From the NCBI GenBank assembly GCA_963777155.1, contig CAVZPM010000001.1, positions 1-64,000 of the forward strand: a stretch of DNA of 64,000 nt, given 5' to 3'. Source of the DNA: Candidatus Bathyarchaeota archaeon (lineage in GTDB: Archaea; Thermoproteota; Bathyarchaeia; Bathyarchaeales; Bathycorpusculaceae). Position numbers and translations under genes: made by a program. Below are positions 30,587-41,080 of this stretch, piece after piece; the stretch's first letter is position 1, and each line of letters begins with the position of its first letter. The notes under the pieces are model-generated. The model was not told where the DNA came from, ran no database searches, and saw only the letters and a program-made list of their open reading frames with translations.

Positions 30587-31725
30587 TTGACCGCCGCATC
30601 GAAAAATCTTCCAACCAAAACCGTCGGATTCATAGTTAACCCCGTTGCAGGAATGGGCGGCGCAGTGGGACTGAAAGGCACCGACGGCAAAACAATCTTA
30701 ACCCAAGCGATAGCCTTGGGCGCAAAACCCATAGCCACACAGAGAGCTGAAACCTTCCTTATCGAGCTAATCTCCAGTCCAAAAAAGCCTAAAGTTAATT
30801 GTTGGTGCAGGTAACATGGGGCAGGTTCAAGCTGAAAAATGTGGTTTTACTTGCAAGGTTTTGGGTGAGAGTAAAAAAGAAACGACTTTTGAAGACACTC
30901 AGTCCATAGCCAAGGGCATAGTTGAGGCAGGTGTGGATTTGTTGGTTTTCTGTGGCGGAGACGGAACAACAAGAGATATCCTAAAAGCCGTCGACATGAA
31001 GGCTCCAGTGTTGGGAGTTCCCACGGGTGTAAAAATGCACAGTGCCATATTTGCGGTTAACCCTATTGCCGCGGCAAGGGTAGCTACTCGGTTTTTGTGG
31101 GGTGGATTGCCGCTTAGGGAAGCAGAGATTATGGATGTTGATGAGCAGGCGTTTAGGCAGGGTCACTTGTCGGCGGAACTTTACGGGTATCTCTTGAGTC
31201 CCTTTGAGCCTCATCTTATTCAGAGCAACAAGATGGCAAGTCCCATGACTGAGAACGAGGTAGAAAACCAAGCTGCCATAGCTGTCTATATAATCGAAGA
31301 GATGAAGCCCGATATCCTCTACATCGTTGCGCCGGGAACGACTACACGTACAATTGGCGATCTCTTGGACCAGAAAAAAACGCTACTAGGTGTTGACTTG
31401 TTGGAAAACAAGAAAATAATCGCCCAAGACGTTAACGAAAACCAAATCCTACAGGCAATTGAGGGGAAAAGGGTTCAGATTATTGTGACTCCAATTGGCG
31501 GGCAAGGCTTTATTTTCGGTAGGGGAAACCAGCAGATAAGCTCCAACGTCATTCGCCGAGTAGGTTTAGACAACATAGTTGTGGTTGCGACTAAGAGCAA
31601 ATTGGATCGATTTAGAGAGTTTGAGGGTTGACACCGGTGACTCTGATTTGGATGGGCTGTTTAGGGCGCGTGGAATCAGGGTTGTGACTGACTACAAGAC
31701 CACAAAAGAAATGTCCATCGAATAA
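30587..31725 (+). CDS. ATP-NAD kinase family protein (two +1 frameshifts, near 30770 and 31611)
   Basis: [38 protein letters not shown], then LRVDTGD in the shifted frame. Confidence 0.82.
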
Positions 31726-31850
31726 GCTTGACTATTTCCGCCAAAGATTCAACTTTTCCAGTAACCAATCTCCCCTCTGCAGTAACCTGCCATTATACTC
31801 CCCTTTTGGAGAAAAATAAAATATACAAGCTTAGATAGTATCCTAACAAA

Positions 31851-32969
31851 GTGGGGCAAAGAAAAGTGATTTACATTAACTTGCCAAGAATTGGCGAAGA
31901 AGAAATCCAAGCCGTAACCAAAGTTATGCGGAGTGGTATGCTGACCAGTGGACTCGGCATGGGACCTGCCGTAACAGAGTTTGAGAAGGGCTTTGCCAAA
32001 ATGGCTGGCTCCAAACATGCAATAGCAGTTAACACTGGCACCGCTGCACTCCACGCCGCTGTGATGGCTATTGGTGTGAAGCACGGGGATGAAGTTATTT
32101 TGCCTAGTTTCACTTTTGTTGCAACCGCCGAAGCAGTCGCGTTGGCAGGGGCTAAACCAGTTTTTGCCGATATCGATCCAAAAACTTACAATTTGGCGCC
32201 TTCAGCGGTGGAGAAGGCATTAACCAAAAAAACCAAAGCCATATTGCCGGTGGATTTGTATGGTTTTTCAGCTGAAATGAAGCCGCTGCGGGAAATTGCT
32301 GATAAGCATGGTTTGGGTTTGGTGGAAGATGCTGCTCAAGCTCATGGAACAACATATGTGAGAAAACCTGCAGGTGCCTTTGCGGATGCCGCTTGCTGGA
32401 GTATGTATGCAAGCAAAAACATTATGACTGGTGAAGGGGGCGTCGTAACTACAAATAACGACCAAACCGCTGAGACGATTCGCATGATTAGGACACATGG
32501 AGAAAAAGCCAAGTACGCCTCGCTTATTCTTGGAACTAACTATCGTATGTCGGAGATCCAAGCTGCTATTGGCAACGTACAGCTTGAAAGATTAGGCGAT
32601 TTTGTTTCTAAACGACGCCGAAATGCGCAGCAGCTGACAAAGCTCTTAGAGAAAAGTAGCAAACTCATTTTGCCTCATGAAGCAAAAGACAGGCAGCATA
32701 GCTGGTACCTGTACACTGCACGACTAAAAGATGGAACAGAAATCCAGCGCAACGCGCTTTTGCAGGAGTTCAAGAACAAAGGGATCGGCGCAGAAGTATA
32801 CTACGTTAATCCAGTGCATCAGATGCCGTTTTACCGAGAAAACTTTGGAAGTTCCAAACTCCCAGAAACGGAGAAAGCTTCAAAACAAGTGTTCTCACTG
32901 CCAATTCATCCTGGAGTCTCTGAGGAACAAATAAGGTTCATAGGGGAAACAGTTCTAAGCCTCCTTTAA
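31851..32969 (+). CDS. DegT/DnrJ/EryC1/StrS sugar aminotransferase
   Basis: NTGTAALH, EDAAQAHG, SMYASKNIMTGEGG, GTNYRM, SLPIHP. Confidence 0.92.
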   Translation: MGQRKVIYINLPRIGEEEIQAVTKVMRSGMLTSGLGMGPAVTEFEKGFAKMAGSKHAIAVNTGTAALHAAVMAIGVKHGDEVILPSFTFVATAEAVALAGAKPVFADIDPKTYNLAPSAVEKALTKKTKAILPVDLYGFSAEMKPLREIADKHGLGLVEDAAQAHGTTYVRKPAGAFADAACWSMYASKNIMTGEGGVVTTNNDQTAETIRMIRTHGEKAKYASLILGTNYRMSEIQAAIGNVQLERLGDFVSKRRRNAQQLTKLLEKSSKLILPHEAKDRQHSWYLYTARLKDGTEIQRNALLQEFKNKGIGAEVYYVNPVHQMPFYRENFGSSKLPETEKASKQVFSLPIHPGVSEEQIRFIGETVLSLL

Positions 32970-33074
32970 ACAATTTTCCGCCAAACTGATGTAGTGTAAG
33001 AGTTAAATTGCTCTTCACGTACTATAACGTCTGATTTGCAGTAATTATTGGGTTTTCTTTAAGAGGTATGAACA

Positions 33075-33462
33075 TTGAGTAATGAAGAAGGCGTTTCCCG
33101 CATAAAGATAAAGTTTCTAATTGAAGGCTTAGGTGAAGCTGAAGGCGAGCTTGTAAGGTTTCTTGCGCCAAGAACGATCGACACAATTGTCCGCAAGCTC
33201 CCACTAGAAGGTCGAGCTGCAATCTGGAAAGAAGAAGTCTACTTTGAAATCCCCATCAAGATGGGGGAAGAAAAAGCCAAACCAACCGTGGAACAGGGAA
33301 CGATTGCTTTCTGGCCCATGGGAGGCGCTTTATGCGTATTCTACGGCAAAGTCTCAGCCCTATAGTCCAGTGAGTATTCTGGGAAAAGTTACGACCAACT
33401 TGGAGATTTTTAAGCAGGTCAAGAGCGGGTTAACAATAAAGGTCCAGTTATTAACTGCTTAA
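33075..33462 (+). CDS. Cyclophilin-like fold protein (DUF369-like; frameshift near 33348)
   Basis: APRT, WKEEVYF, IAFWPMGGALCVFYG, then SQPYSPVSILG in the +1 frame. Confidence 0.78.
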
Positions 33463-33464
33463 AC

Positions 33465-33944
33465 TTAGAAAGCAAGCGAGCTGTCCTTCCACATTTCAAG
33501 CAGCCGTTGGCATTCTTCTTTTATAGTGTTGTCCTTAGTTTTTTCTTTTAGCGCCTGCAAAAACTCTATGCGTTTTGCAACTGAACGTTTTTCTGCGTTT
33601 CCGCCATAATAGAGCTCGCCACCCAAATACTCCTTCATGTGGTAAGCTTTCTGGATAAACAAGCTGGCTGCGTCCACTGGGTTTTCGACTGCGAACTTGC
33701 TTGCCCAGATGGCGACTTCTGTTTCTCGCAGTTGGGTTATGCCGTCGATTTCCTTGATTTCTCTTATATATGCTGCAAAGAAATCGTTGTACTCTGCTGT
33801 TTTGATTAAGTTGAGGGCTTGATTGACTTTATCCTTGAACTCAGGTGTGCCTTCAATTATCAACTTGTGTTTGTAGCCTTGGTCAACAAGTATCTTAGCA
33901 TTTTTTACTTCTTCTGTAGTATAAACTCTATCTGGAAAACTCAA
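33465..33944 (-). CDS. Hypothetical protein, zincin-like with a degenerate HExxH
   Basis: IEGTPEF...ALNLIK, AASLFIQKAYH, downstream AEKRS. Confidence 0.55.
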   Translation of the reverse strand: MSFPDRVYTTEEVKNAKILVDQGYKHKLIIEGTPEFKDKVNQALNLIKTAEYNDFFAAYIREIKEIDGITQLRETEVAIWASKFAVENPVDAASLFIQKAYHMKEYLGGELYYGGNAEKRSVAKRIEFLQALKEKTKDNTIKEECQRLLEMWKDSSLAF

Positions 33945-33999
33945 TTAGACGACTCCAAAATATTCAAAAAATTAATTGAAATAAGGTTAAGCTTGGCAG

Positions 34000-34329
34000 T
34001 TATGCTGCAGGCTTGTAGATTTTGATGTTGTGGCTGCCGGAGACGAGTTGTACTGCACCATTTGCTTCGAGCTGTTCTAGAAAATCCTTGGCTGCACTTA
34101 TACGTATGCCATAGCGTGTTGCAACTGAGTAAGGTGTTAACACACTCATCTTTTTAATTTCAGCTATGTTTTTGCCATCTTTAGCATCTGGAACCATTAT
34201 TCCAACGGTTGTTTTTCTTTGTGGAGGTCCAGCCTTCTCTTTCTTCTTTGCTTCTTTCGCTTTGTCTTCGTCTGTCTTTACCTGCTGCTTCTCCATCTGC
34301 TTTATGCCGAGCTTCTTTTTTCCACCCAT
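34000..34329 (-). CDS. rps25e: 30S ribosomal protein S25e (eS25)
   Basis: MGGKKK, LTPYSVA..YGIRIS.AK.FL, IY. Confidence 0.9.
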   Translation of the reverse strand: MGGKKKLGIKQMEKQQVKTDEDKAKEAKKKEKAGPPQRKTTVGIMVPDAKDGKNIAEIKKMSVLTPYSVATRYGIRISAAKDFLEQLEANGAVQLVSGSHNIKIYKPAA

Positions 34330-34361
34330 AACTTTTCACTTTAGTTCTTTTATCTGCATTT

Positions 34362-35852
34362 TTATTGCGGTTGGCTTATTTCAACCTTATGTTGCACTTT
34401 CCAATCTTTGAGTGGAACGCCAAGTTTCTTTTCCACTTCAGTCCGGTGGATGGAGTTCATTGTACAGAAGGGTATTATTCGTCCATCTGGGACAGCGTAG
34501 TGGATGCCGCATCTCTGTACTCTTTCGAGGTCAAAGTTGTAGGGATCCATGAAGTGCATTGATGAAATCATGAGTGCGCTGCGTGCGAAGTCACCTAGTG
34601 ACTGATAATCGCCATCCATTAGGACTTTTAGCACATATTTGCGTAGGAAGCCAAATTTGATGTGGCGAGCAGAACCAACTAATCTGATTTTAGCTTTGCT
34701 CTTGTTTCCTTTTGAGGCATCTTCGTAGACACCTTTTAGGGAAGCAACAAATTTTTCTATGTTGCCATACCGGGTTATCGGGGTAATTTTACCGTTCTCA
34801 ATGAAGACGAAGGTTGCCATTCCGCAATGTTGATGTACTGTGAATTCAACGTAGCGCTTGCCTTTAAGTTCGCCGACTGCTTTGGAGACTGGTACAACGA
34901 CTGGAACTGGGTAGAAGTCTGAGACTTTAATGTCGCCTTGGGTTTGCTCTTCGACTAAATGCATGAAATCAGGGATTGTGATGCGCATTTTTTCTCTTTC
35001 TTGCTGGGGCAGTCTTCCGCAGAGGGAAACTGGTTGAACGTTGACGCAGCGGATGATGTCATTGTTTTTGGCTGCGAACTTTATGATGTCTCCTAGTTGG
35101 CTGTCGTTGACGCCTTTAACCAGGGTAACTACCAGCACCATGCTTGTGAAGCCGGCTTTGCGCAGATTCTCAATTGCCTTCATCTTGGTTTCAAGGAGGT
35201 CTACTCCTCGGATGAAGTTGTAAATGTCAGAGGTTAAGCCGTCAAATTGCAGGTATACAGTACTGAGGCCTGCTTCTTTGAGTTTTTTGGCGTATTCAGG
35301 ATCAGCGGCAATCCTTAAGCCGTTGGTGTTGACTTCGACATGTTTGAAGCCAACCTCTTTGGCTTTGCGTATGAAATCAAATAATTCATTGCGGATGGTT
35401 GGTTCTCCACCTGAGAACTGTAGTGCTGTTGCAGGAACTGGTTTATTGTTATGGAGGTTCTCCAGCATACCTGTGACTTGTTCAGCGGTTGGTTCATAGA
35501 CGTATCCGGCTGCGGATGCGTTTGCAAAGCAGACTGGACATTTCAGGTTACACCGATTTGTGATGTCGATGATTGCAAGAGAAGTGTGAGATTTGTGTTC
35601 TGGGCATATGCCGCAGTCATATGGGCAACCCAGCTTTTTTTCGGTGCGAGGGTTTTCGATGCCGTCGCCTACCCATCGGTATTTTTCAGCACGCATGTAT
35701 TGGTCGTAGTCTGACCAGTAAAGTTCTTGGCATGGTCCGTGGTCTGGACATGTTTTTTTTATGAAAACTTTTCCTTCATCCTCGTAGATGGTTGCATCAA
35801 GAGGCTTAAGGCACTCAGGGCAGATGCTTTTTGTTGATTTGATATCTTTCAT
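34362..35852 (-). CDS. tes: Tetraether lipid synthase (radical SAM)
   Basis: SICPEC, KTCPDHG, GCPYDCGICPEH, NRCNLKCPVCFA, QFSGGEPT, HFMDPYNFDLERVQRC, PFC. Confidence 0.85.
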   Translation of the reverse strand: MKDIKSTKSICPECLKPLDATIYEDEGKVFIKKTCPDHGPCQELYWSDYDQYMRAEKYRWVGDGIENPRTEKKLGCPYDCGICPEHKSHTSLAIIDITNRCNLKCPVCFANASAAGYVYEPTAEQVTGMLENLHNNKPVPATALQFSGGEPTIRNELFDFIRKAKEVGFKHVEVNTNGLRIAADPEYAKKLKEAGLSTVYLQFDGLTSDIYNFIRGVDLLETKMKAIENLRKAGFTSMVLVVTLVKGVNDSQLGDIIKFAAKNNDIIRCVNVQPVSLCGRLPQQEREKMRITIPDFMHLVEEQTQGDIKVSDFYPVPVVVPVSKAVGELKGKRYVEFTVHQHCGMATFVFIENGKITPITRYGNIEKFVASLKGVYEDASKGNKSKAKIRLVGSARHIKFGFLRKYVLKVLMDGDYQSLGDFARSALMISSMHFMDPYNFDLERVQRCGIHYAVPDGRIIPFCTMNSIHRTEVEKKLGVPLKDWKVQHKVEISQPQ

Positions 35853-35957
35853 TTCATTTTTGCCTTCTTACATGTAAGCGTTAGTTTCGAAGTGCTTAAG
35901 AGGAAAGTTATGATAATAAGGTTTCCAAACGTTTCCTAAGGTGATTGAGGGGAGAAC

Positions 35958-36716
35958 ATGTCAATAAACGAAGATACTCGAGCTGCTCTACGTGAAATGG
36001 GTTTAAATGCTTATGAAATCGACGCTTACATAGTTCTGCTGGAAGGCGGGCAGATGACAGCTATGGAGATCAGTCAACAAGCCACCGTACCTTATAGCAA
36101 AATGTACGAAGTTTTAAACTCCCTCAAAGATAAAGGCTGGATTAAAAGCAGCGAAAGTCGACCATACAAGTATTATCCAGTCCCGCCCTTGGAAGCCACA
36201 CGATTCACTAAGTTGCAGCTAGAAGATAAGTACCTAAACTGGGAAAATACAGTCGCAGAAAACCTCCAACCGCTCTACGAAAAACGGGAACTCATCGAAC
36301 ATCCTGAAATGCTGATTTTACGCGGCCAACAAGCTGTTCTAGCCAAGCTTGAAGAAGTCCTCAAAAAAGCTTCCTTGGAAATTGTGATTGCTGCACCAGA
36401 GTTTGCTAAACCAGTGATTGCTTTGGCTCAACCTTTACTGGGTAGCGGGTTGAAAAAAACGGTCAGTGTTAAGCTTATGGCGGCTGGAAAAAAAGAGGAT
36501 TGGCTTTTCCTAAAAAAATACTCTGGCTTAAACGAACTGCGTTTCCGCGACCATATGTTCGGTGGTGGTGTGATTGCTGACGGTAAAGAAGCAATGCTGT
36601 TTCTTGGAGAAGACAAACCAACCCTTGTCATCTGGAGCAACCACGTCGGCCTAGTTGGGTTCGCACGAGAATACTTCCAATTCCTTTGGGCCTCCTCAGA
36701 AACTGCTATAGCTTAG
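35958..36716 (+). CDS. TrmB-family transcriptional regulator
   Basis: GLNAYE..AY, VPYSKMYEVLNSL..KGW, RPYKY. Confidence 0.88.
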   Translation: MSINEDTRAALREMGLNAYEIDAYIVLLEGGQMTAMEISQQATVPYSKMYEVLNSLKDKGWIKSSESRPYKYYPVPPLEATRFTKLQLEDKYLNWENTVAENLQPLYEKRELIEHPEMLILRGQQAVLAKLEEVLKKASLEIVIAAPEFAKPVIALAQPLLGSGLKKTVSVKLMAAGKKEDWLFLKKYSGLNELRFRDHMFGGGVIADGKEAMLFLGEDKPTLVIWSNHVGLVGFAREYFQFLWASSETAIA

Positions 36717-37053
36717 AAAAAAGGTAAGTTAAGACATCCATTTGTCTTCGAAAGTAGATGTTACGTATTTAGTTTATCGGCTGTTGCCTAAATGGATTTT
36801 TGTTTCCAAATAAACAAGCACGTTAACATTTGCTGCAACTATCCTCTAAAATTCTACAAGCAACATGGAAAAACGTTTCCACAACCACTACTACAGCCAA
36901 ACAAACAATAAAGCTCAAAACACAACCAAAAAAAGAGGTTGTGCCCACAAAAACATTCAACAACAACCATAAAGAAAACCCAAACAAGCCTTGCTATTAT
37001 CGCGAAAATAAACAAAAAAGAAGAAAGGGAGAGTGATTAAGTTGTGAGCTTAC

Positions 37054-37275
37054 TTATTTTCCCATGATTTTTCTAGCGGCGATTTCTATATCTTCCGCTT
37101 TGATGGTTTTTCTTCCAGCATGCATCGCAAAATCGAGTGCTTCTTTGGCGATTTTTACGCCAATTTCTTCTAGTGCCTTTGCGAGTTCTTTTGCTGCTGC
37201 TTCGCTTACTCTGTCAGCGCCTGCTTTCTTACATAATCTGTGCATGGGAGCTACAGCTATTTCTAATTCAGTCAT
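37054..37275 (-). CDS. Archaeal histone (HMf family)
   Basis: [28 protein letters not shown]. Confidence 0.93.
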   Translation of the reverse strand: MTELEIAVAPMHRLCKKAGADRVSEAAAKELAKALEEIGVKIAKEALDFAMHAGRKTIKAEDIEIAARKIMGK

Positions 37276-37425
37276 ATCGACATCTCTGCAGCTTCTTTTT
37301 CTCTTTAAGGCAATATTTAATCTTTGTTATCGCTTTTTTCCCTAAATCACCCTTAACCATAAAACATCCATTTAAAGAAAGAAAAATTATAAAACCTTCA
37401 AGCATGAATATAGCGCTGAGCAAAA

Positions 37426-38199
37426 ATGAAGCTAATAGACGCCCATGTTCACCTCTCCGACGCAGAATACGGCGGACGCATCGACGAATTAATAGCGGAT
37501 GCAAAAAGCGCAGGTGTAGCCGCTTTAGTTACCAATTCAATGGATCTAGCAACCTGTCAAAACGACGTTAAACTCGCCCAAACCTACCCTGGCCTTGTTT
37601 ATCCTGCGCTAGGTATTCACCCCTGGAACGTAAACGTTCTCAAAGATGATGAAATTCAAGAAACCATTGACTTTATCCAGAAACAAAGAAGTATCGTTAA
37701 GGCAATCGGAGAAATAGGCTTAGACTATAAGTACGAGACTATATGGGAAAAACAAACGATGGTTTTTGACAAAATGCTTCATCTGGCTGAATCTCTTGAG
37801 TTGCCAGTTATTATTCATTCACGTGGAACAACCGACAAAATCGTTGAAATGCTTCCCAGCTACAAACTCAAAAGGGTGTTGCTACATTGGTTTAGTCACC
37901 CCATGAGTGCACTAGCCAAAGCAGTTGATAACGGATATTTTATCACTGAAGGTCCACCAGTAACCTACTCTAACGGCATCCGCGAAGTCGTAGAAAAAAC
38001 CCCGATAACGAACTTGCTCACTGAAACTGATGGTCCAGTAACTTATTGGAAGCAACCTTTCAATGGGCAATTAACTAAGCCATCCTACATACGAAATGTG
38101 ATTGATGCTGTGGCTGAAATCAAAAAGATGCAGACCGAAGAAGTCGCTGATCAGATAATCAAGAACTTTGAGGTCTTCTTTGGCATAAGAGTAAACTAA
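37426..38199 (+). CDS. tatD: TatD-family nuclease
   Basis: IDAHVH, GIHP, IGEIGLD, IHSR, LHWF, ETDGP. Confidence 0.92.
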   Translation: MKLIDAHVHLSDAEYGGRIDELIADAKSAGVAALVTNSMDLATCQNDVKLAQTYPGLVYPALGIHPWNVNVLKDDEIQETIDFIQKQRSIVKAIGEIGLDYKYETIWEKQTMVFDKMLHLAESLELPVIIHSRGTTDKIVEMLPSYKLKRVLLHWFSHPMSALAKAVDNGYFITEGPPVTYSNGIREVVEKTPITNLLTETDGPVTYWKQPFNGQLTKPSYIRNVIDAVAEIKKMQTEEVADQIIKNFEVFFGIRVN

Positions 38200-38355
38200 C
38201 AGCTTTAATTTTTTTCTATCAGTTTATCTCGGAGCTTATAAGTCAAATAATCGAGTGTTCAAAGGCGTAAACTTAAATTAAGCCTATCATCTATTGAGAG
38301 TTGCTCCTACGCTTTTTAACGTTGGAGAAAAAACGGTAATTCGGAGGAATACTAA

Positions 38356-38595
38356 CTGGGAAAAGTAAAGACTGATCAGGTTAAGAAACTGGGCAAAGAG
38401 TTGATGAGGCAGTTTCCTAGCAAATTCAACACAAGCTTTGACGACAATAAGCACTCAGTAGATGAGTTAACGAAAGGAACGACAACGCGCATAAGAAACC
38501 AGACTGCAGGTTACATAACACGCACCATCGCATTAGCCCAAGCCAACTCAGCCAATGAATCTGAACTCGACGAACAAGAAGAAATGGCAGAGTAA
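38356..38595 (+). CDS. rps17e: 30S ribosomal protein S17e (eS17), apparent CTG start
   Basis: (M)GKVKTDQVKKLGKELM...FDDNK...IRNQTAGYITR; GGAGG at 38343; in-frame TAA directly before CTG 38356. Confidence 0.9.
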   Translation: MGKVKTDQVKKLGKELMRQFPSKFNTSFDDNKHSVDELTKGTTTRIRNQTAGYITRTIALAQANSANESELDEQEEMAE

Positions 38596-38612
38596 GTCTG
38601 GAAAGAAACTCT

Positions 38613-38993
38613 ATGATGGATCAGTACAGGAAGGGTTGGGCGTTAAGGTACCTTCGTGAAGCTAAAGCTGAACTGGAAGCAGCACGAAAAATCCCCTACA
38701 TGGCGCCAAGCCTTGTTGTGGAAGCCATCAGAAAAGCCAGAAACGCCATCTATTATAGCCTTGGCGAACCCGCTTTCATAGAAATACTCATCCGCGAAGA
38801 AGTAACCAAAAACCCTGCCACCAACGATTCAGTATTAAAATTTTTGATTGAGATTGAAACTATTGTACAGCAGATTTCACAGCTTGAAGAAGTCAATGGT
38901 GACGCAATGATGAAACAAGCAGACTCAATCGTGGACATCGCAACTGACATAGTTGAGACCTTAACGCAGGAAAAAATAGAACCCTTCAGTTAA
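38613..38993 (+). CDS. Hypothetical helical protein, HEPN-like
   Basis: WALRYLREAKAELEAA...EAIRKARNAIYY resembles HEPN helices 1-2. Confidence 0.5.
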   Translation: MMDQYRKGWALRYLREAKAELEAARKIPYMAPSLVVEAIRKARNAIYYSLGEPAFIEILIREEVTKNPATNDSVLKFLIEIETIVQQISQLEEVNGDAMMKQADSIVDIATDIVETLTQEKIEPFS

Positions 38994-39041
38994 AGCTATT
39001 TTTAATCGTCCGCAATTATTCTATAGGTTGAGTGAAAACCG

Positions 39042-39326
39042 GTGTCTCTAACAATCAAATTCATCGGTGCACTACGTCACCTTTCAGGAAAAACACAATT
39101 CACAGTCAGCTTCCAAAATGGTCTATCTATAAAAGAATTAATTGATACAATCACCCAGCAAATGCCAGCTTTAAAGCACACATTCAGCGACCAAGAACTA
39201 AACGATTCAAGATCAAATTCGCTTATTCTCATTAATGGCAAAGAAATCAGTATTCTAAAAGGCTTAGAAACTAAACTTTGCGATGGCGACGAAATCGTTT
39301 TTGTCCCAGTAGTGCACGGCGGTTAA
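39042..39326 (+). CDS. MoaD/ThiS/SAMP ubiquitin-like protein
   Basis: Beta-grasp pattern ILING...L.DGDEI..VP and C-terminal GG. Confidence 0.9.
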   Translation: MSLTIKFIGALRHLSGKTQFTVSFQNGLSIKELIDTITQQMPALKHTFSDQELNDSRSNSLILINGKEISILKGLETKLCDGDEIVFVPVVHGG

Positions 39327-39329
39327 ACT

Positions 39330-40103
39330 ATGATAACGTTGACCAGTGACTTTGGGCTAAAAGACCCATATGTGGCTGAAATGAAAGGCGTAATTTTAAC
39401 CATAAACCCAAACACCACGTTAATCGACATAACACATGACGTTGAGAAATTCGATATTCGCATGGGTGCTTTCATGCTAGCTTCAGCGGTACCTTACTTT
39501 CCCAAAGGCACAGTACATTTGGCGGTTGTGGATCCAGGTGTGGGAACAAAGAGGCGCGCTATTTTGGTGCAGACGAGGCAGGGTTTTTTTGTTGGACCAG
39601 ACAACGGTGTTTTGATGGTAGCTGCCAAAAACCAAGGAATCGAACACACTTACGAACTATCCAATCCCAAGTTTATGTTGCCCAAGGTTTCAGCAACTTT
39701 TCATGGCAGGGATATTTTTTCTTCCGCAGCCGCATATTTGGATACAGGAGTGAAACCTGTAGAGTTTGGCCCAGAAATAGCTAACAAAGTCATGCCCGAG
39801 TTTGTCCACATAAAAAGGAGGGGCGGCTCTTTAATTGGCGAAATTTTGCATGTAGACAGCTTTGGAAACATAATTACTAACATATCTCAGAAAGAAATAG
39901 CCCGAGCAAAAGCAGTTAATGTAAAACTGGGCAACAGCTCTCTAAATATTGTCTTCGGCAAAACATATGCAAAAACCAAACCCCGAGAAGCCATCGCGCT
40001 AATAGGCAGTCACGGTTTTCTGGAAATAGCTCTAAACCAAGATAGCGCAGCAAAAAAGTTCCGTGTCACAACTGGAGAAAAAATCGAGGTTACGCCGGCT
40101 TAA
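39330..40103 (+). CDS. SAM hydroxide adenosyltransferase / halogenase family (DUF62)
   Basis: ITLTSDFG, VVDPGVG, GPDNG, TFHGRDIF, VDSFGN. Confidence 0.9.
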   Translation: MITLTSDFGLKDPYVAEMKGVILTINPNTTLIDITHDVEKFDIRMGAFMLASAVPYFPKGTVHLAVVDPGVGTKRRAILVQTRQGFFVGPDNGVLMVAAKNQGIEHTYELSNPKFMLPKVSATFHGRDIFSSAAAYLDTGVKPVEFGPEIANKVMPEFVHIKRRGGSLIGEILHVDSFGNIITNISQKEIARAKAVNVKLGNSSLNIVFGKTYAKTKPREAIALIGSHGFLEIALNQDSAAKKFRVTTGEKIEVTPA

Positions 40104-41080
40104 CTTTCATGTTTTCCACAACTTTCTCTATTATATCCACGGGATTTTCTAATTCCGCAAGTTTTTCTTTTACCTCAAATCGTTTGCCCAAATATTTCTT
40201 TGCGTACGCAAGCACTCTTTGTTCAGTTGTAATGAACAATGGAAAACCCTTCTTTGCCAAATAGGTGTTTACGTAAGTCTTTGCCATGTCAGAGATTGCT
40301 ATGCTAGGAACCCCTTGCAACGCTGCTTCTCTAGCGATCGTTCCACCGTAACTAACCACTAAATCAGCGTTCGCAACCAAACTCGCCGAATCCCCAAAGC
40401 CCGATTTTACCCCGAAGACATTGCCTTTGCCATTGTATCGCTCGATAAAATGTACGTTTCCCATGGACGCAAGCTTATCTATCAAAATCTTTGCGTTGTC
40501 TTGTTTTCCGCCTGCATAAGCCGCTTTTTCTTCTATTTGCCTGACAACTATCAAGGGCTTCTTTAACCCTGCAATTTTTGTAGGCTTAAAATCCTTTATC
40601 CATGCGACCTCATCAACTCCTTTGAAGGAGACCACGTTTCGGGCGCAGTAAGTTCTTGTGAAACTCTTGGGCAACGCCTCCGAAACCACCACAGTATGTG
40701 CAAAAGGTATTGTTAGTCTATTGGTGGCTAAGGCATGGGGTGTGTCAGCGGTCAAGATTATTGGGATTCCTAAGCCGAAAGCTGTGCGGCAGAGTTCAAC
40801 GGATTGGTGCGCGATGGCGATGTCTGGGTCGGGTATCTTTGAAGAGTTTTGCGAATTGTATTATGCGTTCGGCGCTCTCTTCAAGCCTTGAGGTAAGCGT
40901 TAACGGGTTATATTTACCTACAACTATTGGCTTTTCTCCGAGGATTTTTGCAAGTGCTACTGTGTCTGGGTGTTCCCTTGTCGTGAAAATAAATTCGTGC
41001 CCAGCTTTTCTAAGTCGCTTTCCAATTGCAGCGCCATATCGAGTGTGCTTGCCTGTGCATGCGTCATACCAAATTCTCAT
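40090..41080 (-). CDS. DUF354 family GT-B-like protein (frameshift near 40826)
   Basis: MRIWYDACTGKH; PDIAIAHQSVELCRTAFGLGIP in the shifted frame; GGTIAREAALQGVP. Confidence 0.8.

Noticed and set aside
32986-33024. Second C/D box sRNA (CTGATGT...CTGA)
   Set aside because: The C box is imperfect, the span is only about 39 nt, and there are no internal D'/C' boxes.
36716-37054. 68-aa ORF or ncRNA between the convergent trmB and histone genes
   Set aside because: A/C-rich low-complexity sequence with no motif or stable structure; it contains only the histone T-rich terminator.
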